64,000 nucleotides of DNA, from contig MNGN01000053.1 of NCBI GenBank assembly GCA_001918745.1, positions 2,435-66,434 of the forward strand. Direction: 5' to 3'. The notes under the pieces are model-generated. The model saw only the letters and a list, made by a program, of their open reading frames with translations. It did not search any database and was not told the origin of the DNA. The position numbers were made by a program, and so were the translations under genes. This stretch comes from Crenarchaeota archaeon 13_1_40CM_3_52_17. GTDB lineage: Archaea; Thermoproteota; Bathyarchaeia; 40CM-2-53-6. Below are positions 49,280-58,827 of this stretch, piece by piece. Positions within the stretch are counted from its first letter, which is position 1. Every line of letters begins with the position of its first letter.

Positions 49280-50047
49280 TTGCCAGTAATGATCTCGCCA
49301 AGCCTTGATGAGGCTCGGAAGGGATTGACGATGGGTCTCGAGGCGAGGAAGCTAGTCGTCATGGTCGCAACGTGTAGCGTGGAGTACTCAGGTCGGACCG
49401 GGAGTCATTTGGGCGAGGGTGAGCGGTTGGTAATTGTGAAGGGAGACGGTTGCATACTGGTCCATCGCGGACGCGACTATCAGCCTGTTAATTGGCAACC
49501 GTCAGGATGCATCATTCAGGCCCAGGCCAACAATGGGACTCTCGTTGTGAAAGCGGTTCGTCCAAATCCGCTTGAGAGTCTAACCTTGATCGTTAAAGAG
49601 ATCCAGTTTCTTGCCACATTTCTTCTACAGGACGAGGCGGAGTTTGTCCTGCATGCGAGCGAAGAAGAGATGCAGCGAGCCATCATTCTCCAGCCCGACA
49701 TCATCGAGCCAGGTTTCAAGATCTTGGATTTCGAGAAGAAAGTGCCCCCGGGATTCGTGGATGTCTATGGAATTGATGGTGATGGCAATGCGATTGTTAT
49801 TGAGATCAAGAAGGACCCGGCAGGTTTCCCGGCCATCAAGCAGCTAATGGAGTATCTGAAGTATCTTCAAGCTCCCCCGGGAAGAAAGTTGCGCCCAATC
49901 ATAGTTGCACCGAGTATCGCGAAGGGCTCTCAGTCTACGCTTGCTAAGTCGGGAATTGAGTTCAAGCAGTTGACTCTGCAACGGGCTGTTGAGGTTTTAC
50001 AGAAACATGCGAGGTCGGATCAGCAGGCGTTGAAGAGTTGGCTTTAG
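49280..50047 (+). CDS. nucS: endonuclease NucS/EndoMS
   Basis: CSVEYSGR, KGDG..LVH, PVNWQP, VDVYG.D, IEIK, QL..Y. Confidence 0.92.
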   Translation: MPVMISPSLDEARKGLTMGLEARKLVVMVATCSVEYSGRTGSHLGEGERLVIVKGDGCILVHRGRDYQPVNWQPSGCIIQAQANNGTLVVKAVRPNPLESLTLIVKEIQFLATFLLQDEAEFVLHASEEEMQRAIILQPDIIEPGFKILDFEKKVPPGFVDVYGIDGDGNAIVIEIKKDPAGFPAIKQLMEYLKYLQAPPGRKLRPIIVAPSIAKGSQSTLAKSGIEFKQLTLQRAVEVLQKHARSDQQALKSWL

Positions 50048-50742
50048 AGTCCGAGCCTTATGATCAGCATTGCGTATCCGATTCCGCTTTTAACGAAGCT
50101 GAGCTTACTTGTTCCTCGCGGTCTCCGGAGGAACGTGATCGGAACGTCGGTGATTGGCATACCTTGCTTTCTAGCGCGGATGAGGAGTTCTGGTTGGACC
50201 TCGAAGTTCTTGGCTACCATCTGGTCCCGTAGCGATTCGACTGCTTTGCAGCTGTAGATCCTGAATCCTGAGGTGACGTCGTTGGAAGGTATGTGGAAGA
50301 TCTTCCGCATGGTCCAGTTGGTCGAGCCGCTTATGATCCGCTTGACCAGTGGTAGTTCTTCGACCATTCCTTTGTTGGTGTTCCGGCTTCCGACGACAAT
50401 GTCTACGTCCTTAGCCGCGGTTACTAGGATCTGTATTTCTTCGGGTTGGTGGTTTAGGTCCGCGTCCATCGTGACGATATAGTCTGTATGGTCATCGATG
50501 AGTCCGAATCCCTTCTTCATTGCTTTTCCTAGGCCCAGTCTTTCTTGGCTGTAGTGGACTTTTATCCGAGGGTTTTCTTTGGAGAGAGTGGTCAGTTTTT
50601 CGAGTGTTGCGTCTGTTCCCTCGACAACGAATATGGCCTCGTAGTCGGGGTCGATCTTCTCAAGCGCGGATACCAGTCTGGCGGAGAACTCGTCTATGAC
50701 CTCCGCCTCGTTATAGACCGGTATTACCGCGCTAATGCGCAA
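50044..50742 (-). CDS. family 2 glycosyltransferase (dolichol-phosphate mannosyltransferase-like)
   Basis: VIPVYNE, MDADLNH, VVGSR, DVTSGFR, R.RGTSKL. Confidence 0.88.
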   Translation of the reverse strand: MRISAVIPVYNEAEVIDEFSARLVSALEKIDPDYEAIFVVEGTDATLEKLTTLSKENPRIKVHYSQERLGLGKAMKKGFGLIDDHTDYIVTMDADLNHQPEEIQILVTAAKDVDIVVGSRNTNKGMVEELPLVKRIISGSTNWTMRKIFHIPSNDVTSGFRIYSCKAVESLRDQMVAKNFEVQPELLIRARKQGMPITDVPITFLRRPRGTSKLSFVKSGIGYAMLIIRLGL

Positions 50743-51055
50743 GCCTGTTCCCCGCCCGACGGGCGAAGGCAGGTATATTCTTGTTTGTGGCTGGGCTCCT
50801 TACCTCAAAAGACTCGGATTGACTACTCTCGCGTCGCGAGGTGCGCTGTGCAAGACCCCCCCTCTTGCCTAGAAGATTTGCCGTCTGGCAGTGATTATGC
50901 GCGAGACATGCGATTCAGGGCACAGTCCGGGCTTGGATCGCACGGCGTTTTAATGAGTCGTCAAGAACGAGTTGCTATGCAGTTTAGGGACAAGGCACCA
51001 GATTCGAAAACAGGGCTGAAAATGGGCGAATCTCTTCTCCGGGGAAATTGGACGG

Positions 51056-52489
51056 TTATGCGGTTACGAGTTCGTGTGAATGCTGTTTCATGTGCTGGTA
51101 GTGTTCTGCGGGCACGAGTGACTGGAACGCCCTATCCACGACCTCGCTTAGGGCTGGGTGAATGTGGATTGAGTCGCTTATCGGCTCGTAGGATCCGTTC
51201 CCCGCATACATTATGGGAATAATCTCGTGTATGAGGATAGATGCGTACGGTCCGATGATGTGCGCTCCGAGAATTCTCGTAGTTTCTGCCTCGACAATGA
51301 CCTTGACGAAGTACTCCTTCACGTTCATCGCTTCGCCCTTGGCAGTATCCTCGTACTTCTGGAACCCGATAAGGACCTTGTCGGGTCCATATGTCTCGAC
51401 TGCTTCTTTCTCCCCTAGCCCGACGCTCGCAATCTCCGGGTACGTGAAGACTGCGTGTGGAATTGCGTGATAGTCAGCTTTGACCTTCTTTTTCAGTATT
51501 GCGTTGTAGTAGACGATCTTCGACTCATAATTTGCAACGTGTTTGAACGGATATTTTCCATCAGCATCCCCAAGAGCCCATATGTTTGGCTGAGTGGTTT
51601 CCAGGTACTCGTTCACTTCTATCCAGCCTTCCTTGGTGAGCTCGATTCCTGCTTTTTCTGGGTGGAGAATGTCGGTGATCGGCCCTCTTCCAGTTGCGAC
51701 CATGATCTCCTTGGCAGCAATGGTCGAAGTCTTTCCGGATTTCCGGTCTACCGCTATAAGCTCCTTCTGATCTCCAATTTCTCTGGCTTCCCTAACCTCC
51801 TGGTTCGTCAGGATCGTGATATGCCGTTCCAGGTCTTTTTTCGCCAGTGCCGAGACTTCTGGCTCCTCATCAGGTAGGAACTGTGGGTTTCTCCCGATAA
51901 TAACGACTTTCGATCCCATGCTTGAGAAGAAGTGGCCATATTCTGCGGCGATGTAGCCTCCCCCGACGATCGCGATGCTCTCCGGCAGCTTCGTCAGTTT
52001 GAGGACGGTGTCGCTCGTGTGGTACTTGATCTTGTCAAGCCCTTTGATGGATGGGATATTGATCTTTGATCCGATGCAGAGGAAAATCATCTTGGAGGTA
52101 ATCTCGGTTCCATCAACTCTCAAGGTGTACGGCGAGATGAACTCTGCTGGAGCGTGGTAGTAGTCGATGTTCTTCGAGCTGGACAGACCCTCCCTTATCT
52201 GATCGATGTCCCGGTAGATGAGAGTCCGCATTCGCTCCATAACCGTCTGGAAATTGATGTTAGCGATCTTCGCGTCCACTCCGAGCTCACGTGCCTTCTC
52301 GATTGTTCTAACCAGTTCTGCGGGGTACAGCAATATCTTCGAAGGAATGCAGCCACGTGTCAGGCATATTCCTCCGGGCTCGTCCTTGTCTATCACCGCG
52401 ACCCGAATGTTCGGGTTCTCCTGGATCATCGCGTCCACAATGTTCATCGCCGACCCTGTACCTATCGTAATCAAGTCGTACTGCTTCAT
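51056..52489 (-). CDS. FAD/NAD(P) disulfide oxidoreductase (dihydrolipoamide dehydrogenase/mycothione reductase-like)
   Basis: GGICLTRGCIPSK, GGGYIAAE, HIHPALSE. Confidence 0.88.
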   Translation of the reverse strand: MKQYDLITIGTGSAMNIVDAMIQENPNIRVAVIDKDEPGGICLTRGCIPSKILLYPAELVRTIEKARELGVDAKIANINFQTVMERMRTLIYRDIDQIREGLSSSKNIDYYHAPAEFISPYTLRVDGTEITSKMIFLCIGSKINIPSIKGLDKIKYHTSDTVLKLTKLPESIAIVGGGYIAAEYGHFFSSMGSKVVIIGRNPQFLPDEEPEVSALAKKDLERHITILTNQEVREAREIGDQKELIAVDRKSGKTSTIAAKEIMVATGRGPITDILHPEKAGIELTKEGWIEVNEYLETTQPNIWALGDADGKYPFKHVANYESKIVYYNAILKKKVKADYHAIPHAVFTYPEIASVGLGEKEAVETYGPDKVLIGFQKYEDTAKGEAMNVKEYFVKVIVEAETTRILGAHIIGPYASILIHEIIPIMYAGNGSYEPISDSIHIHPALSEVVDRAFQSLVPAEHYQHMKQHSHELVTA

Positions 52490-52565
52490 GTCTAGTTGTC
52501 CCGGAAACTCGGGACGAAGATAAGAGTATTGACCGAGCTGACGATCGCGAGTCTTGCGTTGATGA

Positions 52566-52748
52566 TTATGGTTTCTTTGTTCCCTCTATTCTTTCCTTGC
52601 CCACAACTAGGATGAAGATGAGTATTCCTAGGGTGAAGGAGATGAGGCTGATCGACATTGACACGGTGATGTCGAAGTTGAGTCGGTGCCACGATTCGTA
52701 GTTAATGTACGCAGGCAGGATTAGCAGCGCGCCTGCAATCACGACCAT
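52566..52748 (-). CDS. small 2-TM membrane protein
   Basis: Two hydrophobic helices; start uncertain. Confidence 0.55.
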   Translation of the reverse strand: MVVIAGALLILPAYINYESWHRLNFDITVSMSISLISFTLGILIFILVVGKERIEGTKKP

Positions 52749-52857
52749 TAGGCCCCTTAGAATGTCATGTATTTCCGTTCCTGCGATCGTTGTCTTAGTG
52801 CCCGTGCTATCGCACCAACTGCTGCTCTCTTCCTCGATGGTCCCGTATATAGATGAT

Positions 52858-53670
52858 TCAGGCTTCAGCGGTTGGAAGGAGCTTCCGGGCGATTGTCACG
52901 TATGCTGTGTGTCCTATCATCCGAGTCTCCGGTCTTACTTTTCCCGCCTCCGTCTTGAACTCCCGCATTAGCAGTTCTACAGCTTCAAGGATCATGAAGC
53001 CTCCTTCTCGGAGTGCTACCGCGAGCTTCTCAAGCTGGTTTATCGTGGGGGTGAAGCCTGCAAGCAATCCCCCTCCAACTAGCGCCCCGTAAGCGGCTTT
53101 CACCATCCTCCATGGGTCTCCAAGGTCGACGACTACTGCGTCTACGCCGGTTTCGTCAAATCCCTCAGTCGGGTCTTTGTTATGAAAAGTCACCAGCGAG
53201 CCAAATCCTGCCTTGTCGACGTTCGCCTTCGCCGCTCGCAAGAACTCCGGTCGCATCTCGTAAGTGAACACTTGACCGTCCGGAGCGATCCCCCGGGCCA
53301 AGGCAGATGTGAGAGCGCCGCTTCCAGTCCCAACTTCCAACACCCTATTCCCGTTTCCGATGCCCAGCTGAAACAGGGCGTACCCGATATCTTTCGGATA
53401 CAAGATTTGTGTTGGACGGTCAAACGATTCGACGACATCGAGAGCTCGTGGCCTGAATACTGCCAGGTTCTGGCCCATGCTCGTCCGAATAGACCCACCA
53501 TATTCTTTGCCCACAAGCTCTGCCAGCTCGAAATAGCCCCTGTGCGTGTGAAACCTTCCCGGCTCCACCTTTGCAATCCACTTGCGCCTTGCGTCCTGAT
53601 AGAGCAGGACCCGGTCGCCAAGCTTAATCTCTCGACTCAAGACGCCGACGCGCTTGGACGCGAGAGCCAT
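52858..53670 (-). CDS. trmI: tRNA (adenine-N1)-methyltransferase
   Basis: FHTHRG, TQILYPKD, EVGTGSG.LT, DLGDPW, PTINQ, GHTAY. Confidence 0.94.
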   Translation of the reverse strand: MALASKRVGVLSREIKLGDRVLLYQDARRKWIAKVEPGRFHTHRGYFELAELVGKEYGGSIRTSMGQNLAVFRPRALDVVESFDRPTQILYPKDIGYALFQLGIGNGNRVLEVGTGSGALTSALARGIAPDGQVFTYEMRPEFLRAAKANVDKAGFGSLVTFHNKDPTEGFDETGVDAVVVDLGDPWRMVKAAYGALVGGGLLAGFTPTINQLEKLAVALREGGFMILEAVELLMREFKTEAGKVRPETRMIGHTAYVTIARKLLPTAEA

Positions 53671-54046
53671 TAATCATTCTATGCATTTGATTCAACCTGA
53701 AAAAGGGCCCTCGAGCCTAGCTCGAACACGCTTCTTCCATCATTCGCCTAGTGATCTCTTTGTTCCCGTAGCTCCCTAAGCAAGCAAAAGTTCCCTTTTC
53801 CGATAATTCTGTTTCTCGTGACTACTCCTTTCCGCTAACCATTTTTTCCTGTTAACTATTATGTGACCCCCGGGGGGGGTCTGTTTTTCCCGCGCCCCAC
53901 CCTTCGTGAAGCGCCGAGTTTCCTACGCTCACCCACTCCCGCCATCCTTCCTTCCTCCGTGACGCCTCCATGCCTCGGACCCTGGCCTATGGCGCTAGTG
54001 CCCGTTCGGTGAACATGCTCATACGGCCCCTTTGTGAAAATACAGG

Positions 54047-54562
54047 TTAGCCCTTCAGTGCTTTGAACACGCCTTCGGCCTTCGAGGCTGGGACAAGCCT
54101 CACTGTGATTGGGTCCCTAGTTCCGGAGATCCCGATCCTCAACACCGCGACCCTTCTCCTCCACCAAGTGGCCACGATCGCCGCTAGGAACACGGCGAAA
54201 GTACCGATCAGTAACAGGTCAAAGGGTGCTTGAGGCAGGCTAAGCCTTGCCTGACCCGGAAACCACCATACAAGAAACACAGCTATTGCTCCAAGAACAG
54301 CATATGTCAATGGCGGGATCAAACTCTTGGTAATCAGCTCTAGAGTGCTCACGTCGGCATGGGGAACGTTTACGAACTTTTCTCCGGTCGAAAATCTCTT
54401 CCCCACCAGCAACCTCGAGTCCGTCACGTAGACGGTATAGTTCACCCCTGCGCACTCAGCCAGAACGTTCTCCGCCCCGACTAGGCTCTTGAGGTTGCTC
54501 AAATCTTCCTGTTGAGACACGAAAATCTCTCTTACCCGTATTGTAACCAGTCCCCGCGGCAA
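54047..54562 (-). CDS. hypothetical membrane protein
   Basis: VTDSRLL segment, two TM helices. Confidence 0.6.
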   Translation of the reverse strand: MPRGLVTIRVREIFVSQQEDLSNLKSLVGAENVLAECAGVNYTVYVTDSRLLVGKRFSTGEKFVNVPHADVSTLELITKSLIPPLTYAVLGAIAVFLVWWFPGQARLSLPQAPFDLLLIGTFAVFLAAIVATWWRRRVAVLRIGISGTRDPITVRLVPASKAEGVFKALKG

Positions 54563-54579
54563 AAGGATTACGAATGGCC

Positions 54580-55770
54580 TTACCTAACCGGTGATACCAG
54601 CTGGGAGACGGCCCCAATTACTGCCCGAATACCACTTTCCGAACCCAAAGTTTCGCTCAGCCTCACTACACTCTCCTTGTTATCCCTCAGAGTTCTCGAG
54701 ATCGCTCCAGCTAGCTCTGCCGCATCTAGTCTAGATTGATCTAGCACAACCGCTACTCCTAGTTCCTCCGCCCGCTTCGCATTGTTCGCCTGTTCCGTGT
54801 GGTTCGGTGGAGGAATCAACACCAGAGGCTTCCCCTCTGATACCGCTTTCATGATTGTCTCATGTCCTGCCCGTGACACAATCACATCTGCGCGCTCGAA
54901 GGTCCTCCAGTATGACTGCTCAGTCATCCACTCGTGAACAACAAGATTTTCGACTCTCTTTCCACCACACGATCCGTTCGGATCGCCACAACTCAGAATC
55001 AGCTCGTAGTCACCGGGGAAACCCTTGAGGATCTCTGTCAGTTTGTTCACGAGATATTTCCGGTCGGTCGCGGGTCCACTAACACAAGCAAAGACCAAAG
55101 GCCGAGATCTACTAACATTTGCTGCGTCGTTCGTAGGTTTGAGCTTGGGTGGGGTTAGGGGCCCGACTAGCCGAACTTTTCTCCTGATTCCAGGCGGAAT
55201 CGCAAGATTGTATCTGGAAATTGTGTACGGTGCTTTGAGGTCGGGAACAATGATCAGATCGCTTACGCCCCACGCCAGCTCCAGCATTGCTGAGATATAC
55301 TTCCAGATGATCTTTCCCGCGAAAAGCACTGGTCTGTCAGCGAACCTGTGCTTTCTGTTATCCTTGGGCATCTGCACGGAGTATTGGTTGAGGATCAGGA
55401 TTCTCGGCTTTCGCATGACGAACGCGGCCACAAGGGTCGAGATCCTCGTGTCCGATATCACGACGTCGGGATTGAACGCAGAGATCTGCTGTACTTCTCC
55501 TATCAGTTGGCGTATGAAACCCCACAATCCGACTGTTACACCGTTCTGGCTCATCGTCATCTTCGGATCAATCGTCCCATCTTCCCTGGTTCGAAAAGAC
55601 AGGGGTATCGCGCTGAAGTAGGTGAGCCCGGAACGCTTCAGATAATCCAGGGCATCAAGGTATGACGAGAAGAGGACCTGGACGCCCTCGTTTGAGAACT
55701 CACGGGCAATCGCGTCGCACCGCGTGATATGGCCCAGGCCGAGCCCGCATGGCCCAATGTACAATCTCAA
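54580..55770 (-). CDS. GT-B glycosyltransferase (GT28/MurG-like C-terminus)
   Basis: GLGLGHITR, PDVVISD, SRAGHET, EQANNA. Confidence 0.85.
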   Translation of the reverse strand: MRLYIGPCGLGLGHITRCDAIAREFSNEGVQVLFSSYLDALDYLKRSGLTYFSAIPLSFRTREDGTIDPKMTMSQNGVTVGLWGFIRQLIGEVQQISAFNPDVVISDTRISTLVAAFVMRKPRILILNQYSVQMPKDNRKHRFADRPVLFAGKIIWKYISAMLELAWGVSDLIIVPDLKAPYTISRYNLAIPPGIRRKVRLVGPLTPPKLKPTNDAANVSRSRPLVFACVSGPATDRKYLVNKLTEILKGFPGDYELILSCGDPNGSCGGKRVENLVVHEWMTEQSYWRTFERADVIVSRAGHETIMKAVSEGKPLVLIPPPNHTEQANNAKRAEELGVAVVLDQSRLDAAELAGAISRTLRDNKESVVRLSETLGSESGIRAVIGAVSQLVSPVR

Positions 55771-56402
55771 CCCCTAGATCCTGCCACTCTTAGTTTCCTT
55801 TCGAATACGCGCCCTCTAGGTCCTTCCTCTGAAAAGATCTGCCCTTGAAACCGAGCAACCCTCACGTCACGAGTCAGCCAAGCATCCGGCATTAGCCCTG
55901 CCTTCAAACAACACTGGTTTAGAAATTCCTCCGGATCGAAGCCCTCGTCCACCGCGACTTGGGGCAAGAGTAGCCCTCTGGATCCAAGCCCATCTACAAA
56001 TAGACCGTCCCGTCCAATCTCGATGTTCAAGGGTAGATCCAGCGGACTCTCTACTACGATATGTTCGAGAGGCGAGAGCACTGTCACTTCCACTGTAATC
56101 CTCTGTTGGAACTCGGCAAGTCGCACGGGGTCAAATCTCGGATCCGTTGTGGCCGCTTCCACCGCGCAACGCGCTGTCTCGGAAAGCAAAGACGCCTTCG
56201 GGAACGGGTTGCCAATGCACCCTCGCATCCCTCGGCTCGTCATTTCGTCAAGTAATGTAACGAACACTCCTCTCGCGACGCTTACCACTATGCCTTCCCC
56301 GGAGGTTGGGTCGGTGTTTCTCCCTCCGAGATGATCAGCGATTGCTTGACGCGCTGTCGCCACGAGTTTCGTTCCGTCCTCCGTCGACAATGCTTCCATC
56401 AT
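55767..56402 (-). CDS. AMMECR1/AmmeMemoRadiSam protein A family
   Basis: GVFVTL, RGCIG, DPRF, EVTVLS, GLLLPQV, C.KAG. Confidence 0.92.
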   Translation of the reverse strand: MMEALSTEDGTKLVATARQAIADHLGGRNTDPTSGEGIVVSVARGVFVTLLDEMTSRGMRGCIGNPFPKASLLSETARCAVEAATTDPRFDPVRLAEFQQRITVEVTVLSPLEHIVVESPLDLPLNIEIGRDGLFVDGLGSRGLLLPQVAVDEGFDPEEFLNQCCLKAGLMPDAWLTRDVRVARFQGQIFSEEGPRGRVFERKLRVAGSRG

Positions 56403-56884
56403 TGTTTCAACCTTGCGAGCCTTGTTGCCTCTTCTAGGGTTCGACGTATGTTTTTCCAGTGGCTGCCGACCCAGTACACTTTTCCACAATTCTGGTTGCT
56501 GCATTTCCAAAATTGGTTGTATAGTTTGAGGCTTTCTTTGGGGACCTCGCCGGCTAGGTCACTCCTTGACTTTTGCATTAGACTGGATCCGCACTCTGGA
56601 CATCTAGTTTCTTCCACGTTAGTCTCCAGGCGCACTCCGAAAGTGCTGGACATCTGGGCCAATCTCTCTTCCTCCGTTTCACCCACCACGAGAGCCGACA
56701 CTATCTTCTTCGCCACAGCCCGCTGGTACAGTTCTTCGTCTCTCGTTAGTAGGACCATGTTCTCCTCGCCAGCGATTGTTAGAAGGTCGTTGTCTTTCCC
56801 GCTCGCATCGTATCTTACTTCGTATCCTAGTATCCGCAACCACCTTGCCAGTCCGCCTAGCATTCCGTCAACAAGAAATCTCAT
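56399..56884 (-). CDS. Mut7-C RNase domain protein (PIN + Zn ribbon)
   Basis: FLVDGMLGGLARWLRILGY, LLTRD, RCPEC, C..CGKVYWVGSH. Confidence 0.92.
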   Translation of the reverse strand: MRFLVDGMLGGLARWLRILGYEVRYDASGKDNDLLTIAGEENMVLLTRDEELYQRAVAKKIVSALVVGETEEERLAQMSSTFGVRLETNVEETRCPECGSSLMQKSRSDLAGEVPKESLKLYNQFWKCSNQNCGKVYWVGSHWKNIRRTLEEATRLARLKQ

Positions 56885-58239
56885 TCATGCACTTCGGCTT
56901 TCAGAACTCTTCCGGCGCCAGGCTTTCCTAGGATCTCTCCCTCGCGGTAGACAACCGACCCATTCACGATGGTGGTGTGAACTGCGCCTTGCGTCTTCCA
57001 GCCCTCAAAGGGAGAGTAGTGAGCCCTCGAAAAGAACTTCGCGGGATCAATCACTCCTCTTTTTTTCGGATCGACCAGGACAAGGTCGCCATCGGCTCCC
57101 GTCTCAAGTCTTCCCTTCGATCGAAGATGAAAGATCTTCGCGGGATTGGTCGAGAGGAGCGAGACTAATCGTCCGAGGGACAGCTTTCCTTTATTGACCA
57201 TGGTCAACATCAAAGGTAAAGCGGTCTCGAGGCCTGGTATTCCGGGTGAGCTCTTTCGAGGCGGTCGCGCTTTTTCCCTGATCGTGTGGGGGGCATGATC
57301 AGTAGCCATGATCGTTGGGATGCCCATCTTCATCGCTTGAAACAACTGGCGAGTATCCTTGGGTGATCTTAGAGGCGGCACCATCCACGCCTTCCAGCGG
57401 AGCATCTTCACACGATCCTCGGAGAGTAGAGTGTGATGAGGGGTGACCTCAGAAGACAAACTGCTTGAAGATCGACTCGAAATCGCGGACAAGGTAGACC
57501 TAAGACTAACGTGGCAGAAATGGACGCGACAGCCAATCCGTCTCTGCAATCTTAGGATCCGTCTCACAGCACTCGTTTCCGCGCTTCCGCGACGTAGTCG
57601 GACAAGTTCTGCGAAGGTCTCGATCTCTCTAGTCCTTGGAAGTTTGGTCAGGTCCTCCGCATGTACGGTTAGGAGAAGAGGAGCTCGCTTCGCAGCGCTC
57701 AAGACCCGAACCACCACTTTGTCATCGTCGACGTCCAGGGGGGCGATGGGATTGGGCAGGTAGAGTTTCATCGAGAGAGCTCCAGCTGCTTTCATAGCGC
57801 TCACTTCATCATAATCGTCGAGCGCAGCCGCGTGGAATCCTACATTAACTAGAATTTTTCTCGAAGCTCGCCTCGCTCTTTCTACGAGACGCTCGGCTGA
57901 GTCGGTTGGCGGAAGAGAATTCGGCATATCTATGACTGAGGTGAACCCGCCTGCGGCAGCGGCTGCTGTTCCGGTTGTGAAGTCTTCTTTGTAGGAGAGC
58001 TTCATGTCGCGTAGGTGGACATGACCGTCAATTAGACCTGGGATTACTAGTAGTCGCCGGGCTGGAATCTCTTCGTCAGCTCGTTCTGCAATCTTTCGCG
58101 CTATCCTCTGAATCCTGCCATGCTCAATGAGGACTGAGCCTCTAGTGATGTCGTTCTTGGTCCAGATGTGAGCGTCTCGAATCAGTAGGCTGGGCAGACC
58201 TGATGTCTCTTTGCTTTCAGGGCTCTTCAGGTTGTTCAA
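56881..58239 (-). CDS. pyrC: dihydroorotase (start uncertain)
   Basis: PGLIDGHVHLR, DMPN, HAED, EVTPHH, PPLR, TDHAPH. Confidence 0.88.
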   Translation of the reverse strand: MNNLKSPESKETSGLPSLLIRDAHIWTKNDITRGSVLIEHGRIQRIARKIAERADEEIPARRLLVIPGLIDGHVHLRDMKLSYKEDFTTGTAAAAAGGFTSVIDMPNSLPPTDSAERLVERARRASRKILVNVGFHAAALDDYDEVSAMKAAGALSMKLYLPNPIAPLDVDDDKVVVRVLSAAKRAPLLLTVHAEDLTKLPRTREIETFAELVRLRRGSAETSAVRRILRLQRRIGCRVHFCHVSLRSTLSAISSRSSSSLSSEVTPHHTLLSEDRVKMLRWKAWMVPPLRSPKDTRQLFQAMKMGIPTIMATDHAPHTIREKARPPRKSSPGIPGLETALPLMLTMVNKGKLSLGRLVSLLSTNPAKIFHLRSKGRLETGADGDLVLVDPKKRGVIDPAKFFSRAHYSPFEGWKTQGAVHTTIVNGSVVYREGEILGKPGAGRVLKAEVHE

Positions 58240-58792
58240 GATCCCTAGAGCAATCTGAGCAAAGGAACGTGCCGTCTTTCTGGACGAGGTTGTCCGACCA
58301 CGTTTCGCATTCATCGCAGTATCCTCCAAGTGTGGGTCGTGTCCGCGGGCTCTCTAGTCCAGCTCGACTCTTTTCGGAGGCTAGATCGATTATGGCCGGC
58401 GTTACTTGAAGGATGTCTTTCATGGTCACGATTCCCACTAGTTTTCCTTCATCCATTACCGCGAGTCGCCGAATCTTTCGGTGGTTCATGATTTTTGCGG
58501 CTTCGTTGACGGTAGCTCTTGGGCTGATGGTCGCCACCGGCTTCGACATTGTCTGACCAACCTTCAGTTCGGAAGGGAGAACGTTTCTCGCAGCCACTCT
58601 CTGGACAATGTCTCTCTCCGTGATTATTCCTGCCGGGTTTCCGGCCTTGTCGACGATGATTACGCAACCGATGTCATGTTTGCCCATAAGTTTCGACACT
58701 CCGGCAACAGTCTCGTTCTCCTTGGCCGTGATCGGGGGCCGTGACATTATGTCACGCACAAGAATGTCTGGCTCCGTCTCATGAACAGACAA
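58217..58792 (-). CDS. CBS-pair protein with C-terminal zinc ribbon
   Basis: VRDIMS, GIITERDI, GIVTMKDI; CDEC...CSDC. Confidence 0.9.
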   Translation of the reverse strand: MSVHETEPDILVRDIMSRPPITAKENETVAGVSKLMGKHDIGCVIIVDKAGNPAGIITERDIVQRVAARNVLPSELKVGQTMSKPVATISPRATVNEAAKIMNHRKIRRLAVMDEGKLVGIVTMKDILQVTPAIIDLASEKSRAGLESPRTRPTLGGYCDECETWSDNLVQKDGTFLCSDCSRDLEQPEEP

Positions 58793-58827
58793 TGCAAGAC
58801 CAGCCCTCCCTCGCCTCTATAAAATCT

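Noticed and set aside
50760..51055. Possible ncRNA in the intergenic gap
   Set aside because: Only short hairpins; no recognisable tRNA, SRP or RNase P features and no TnpB end motif.
53840..53872. dif/Xer site suggested by TTATGT
   Set aside because: The left arm lacks the ATAA half-site at the required 6-nt spacing.
56331..57197. Long antisense ORFs (for example 288 aa here, 253 aa at 11279-12040, 206 aa at 33917-34537)
   Set aside because: They are shadows of well-supported genes and carry no motifs.
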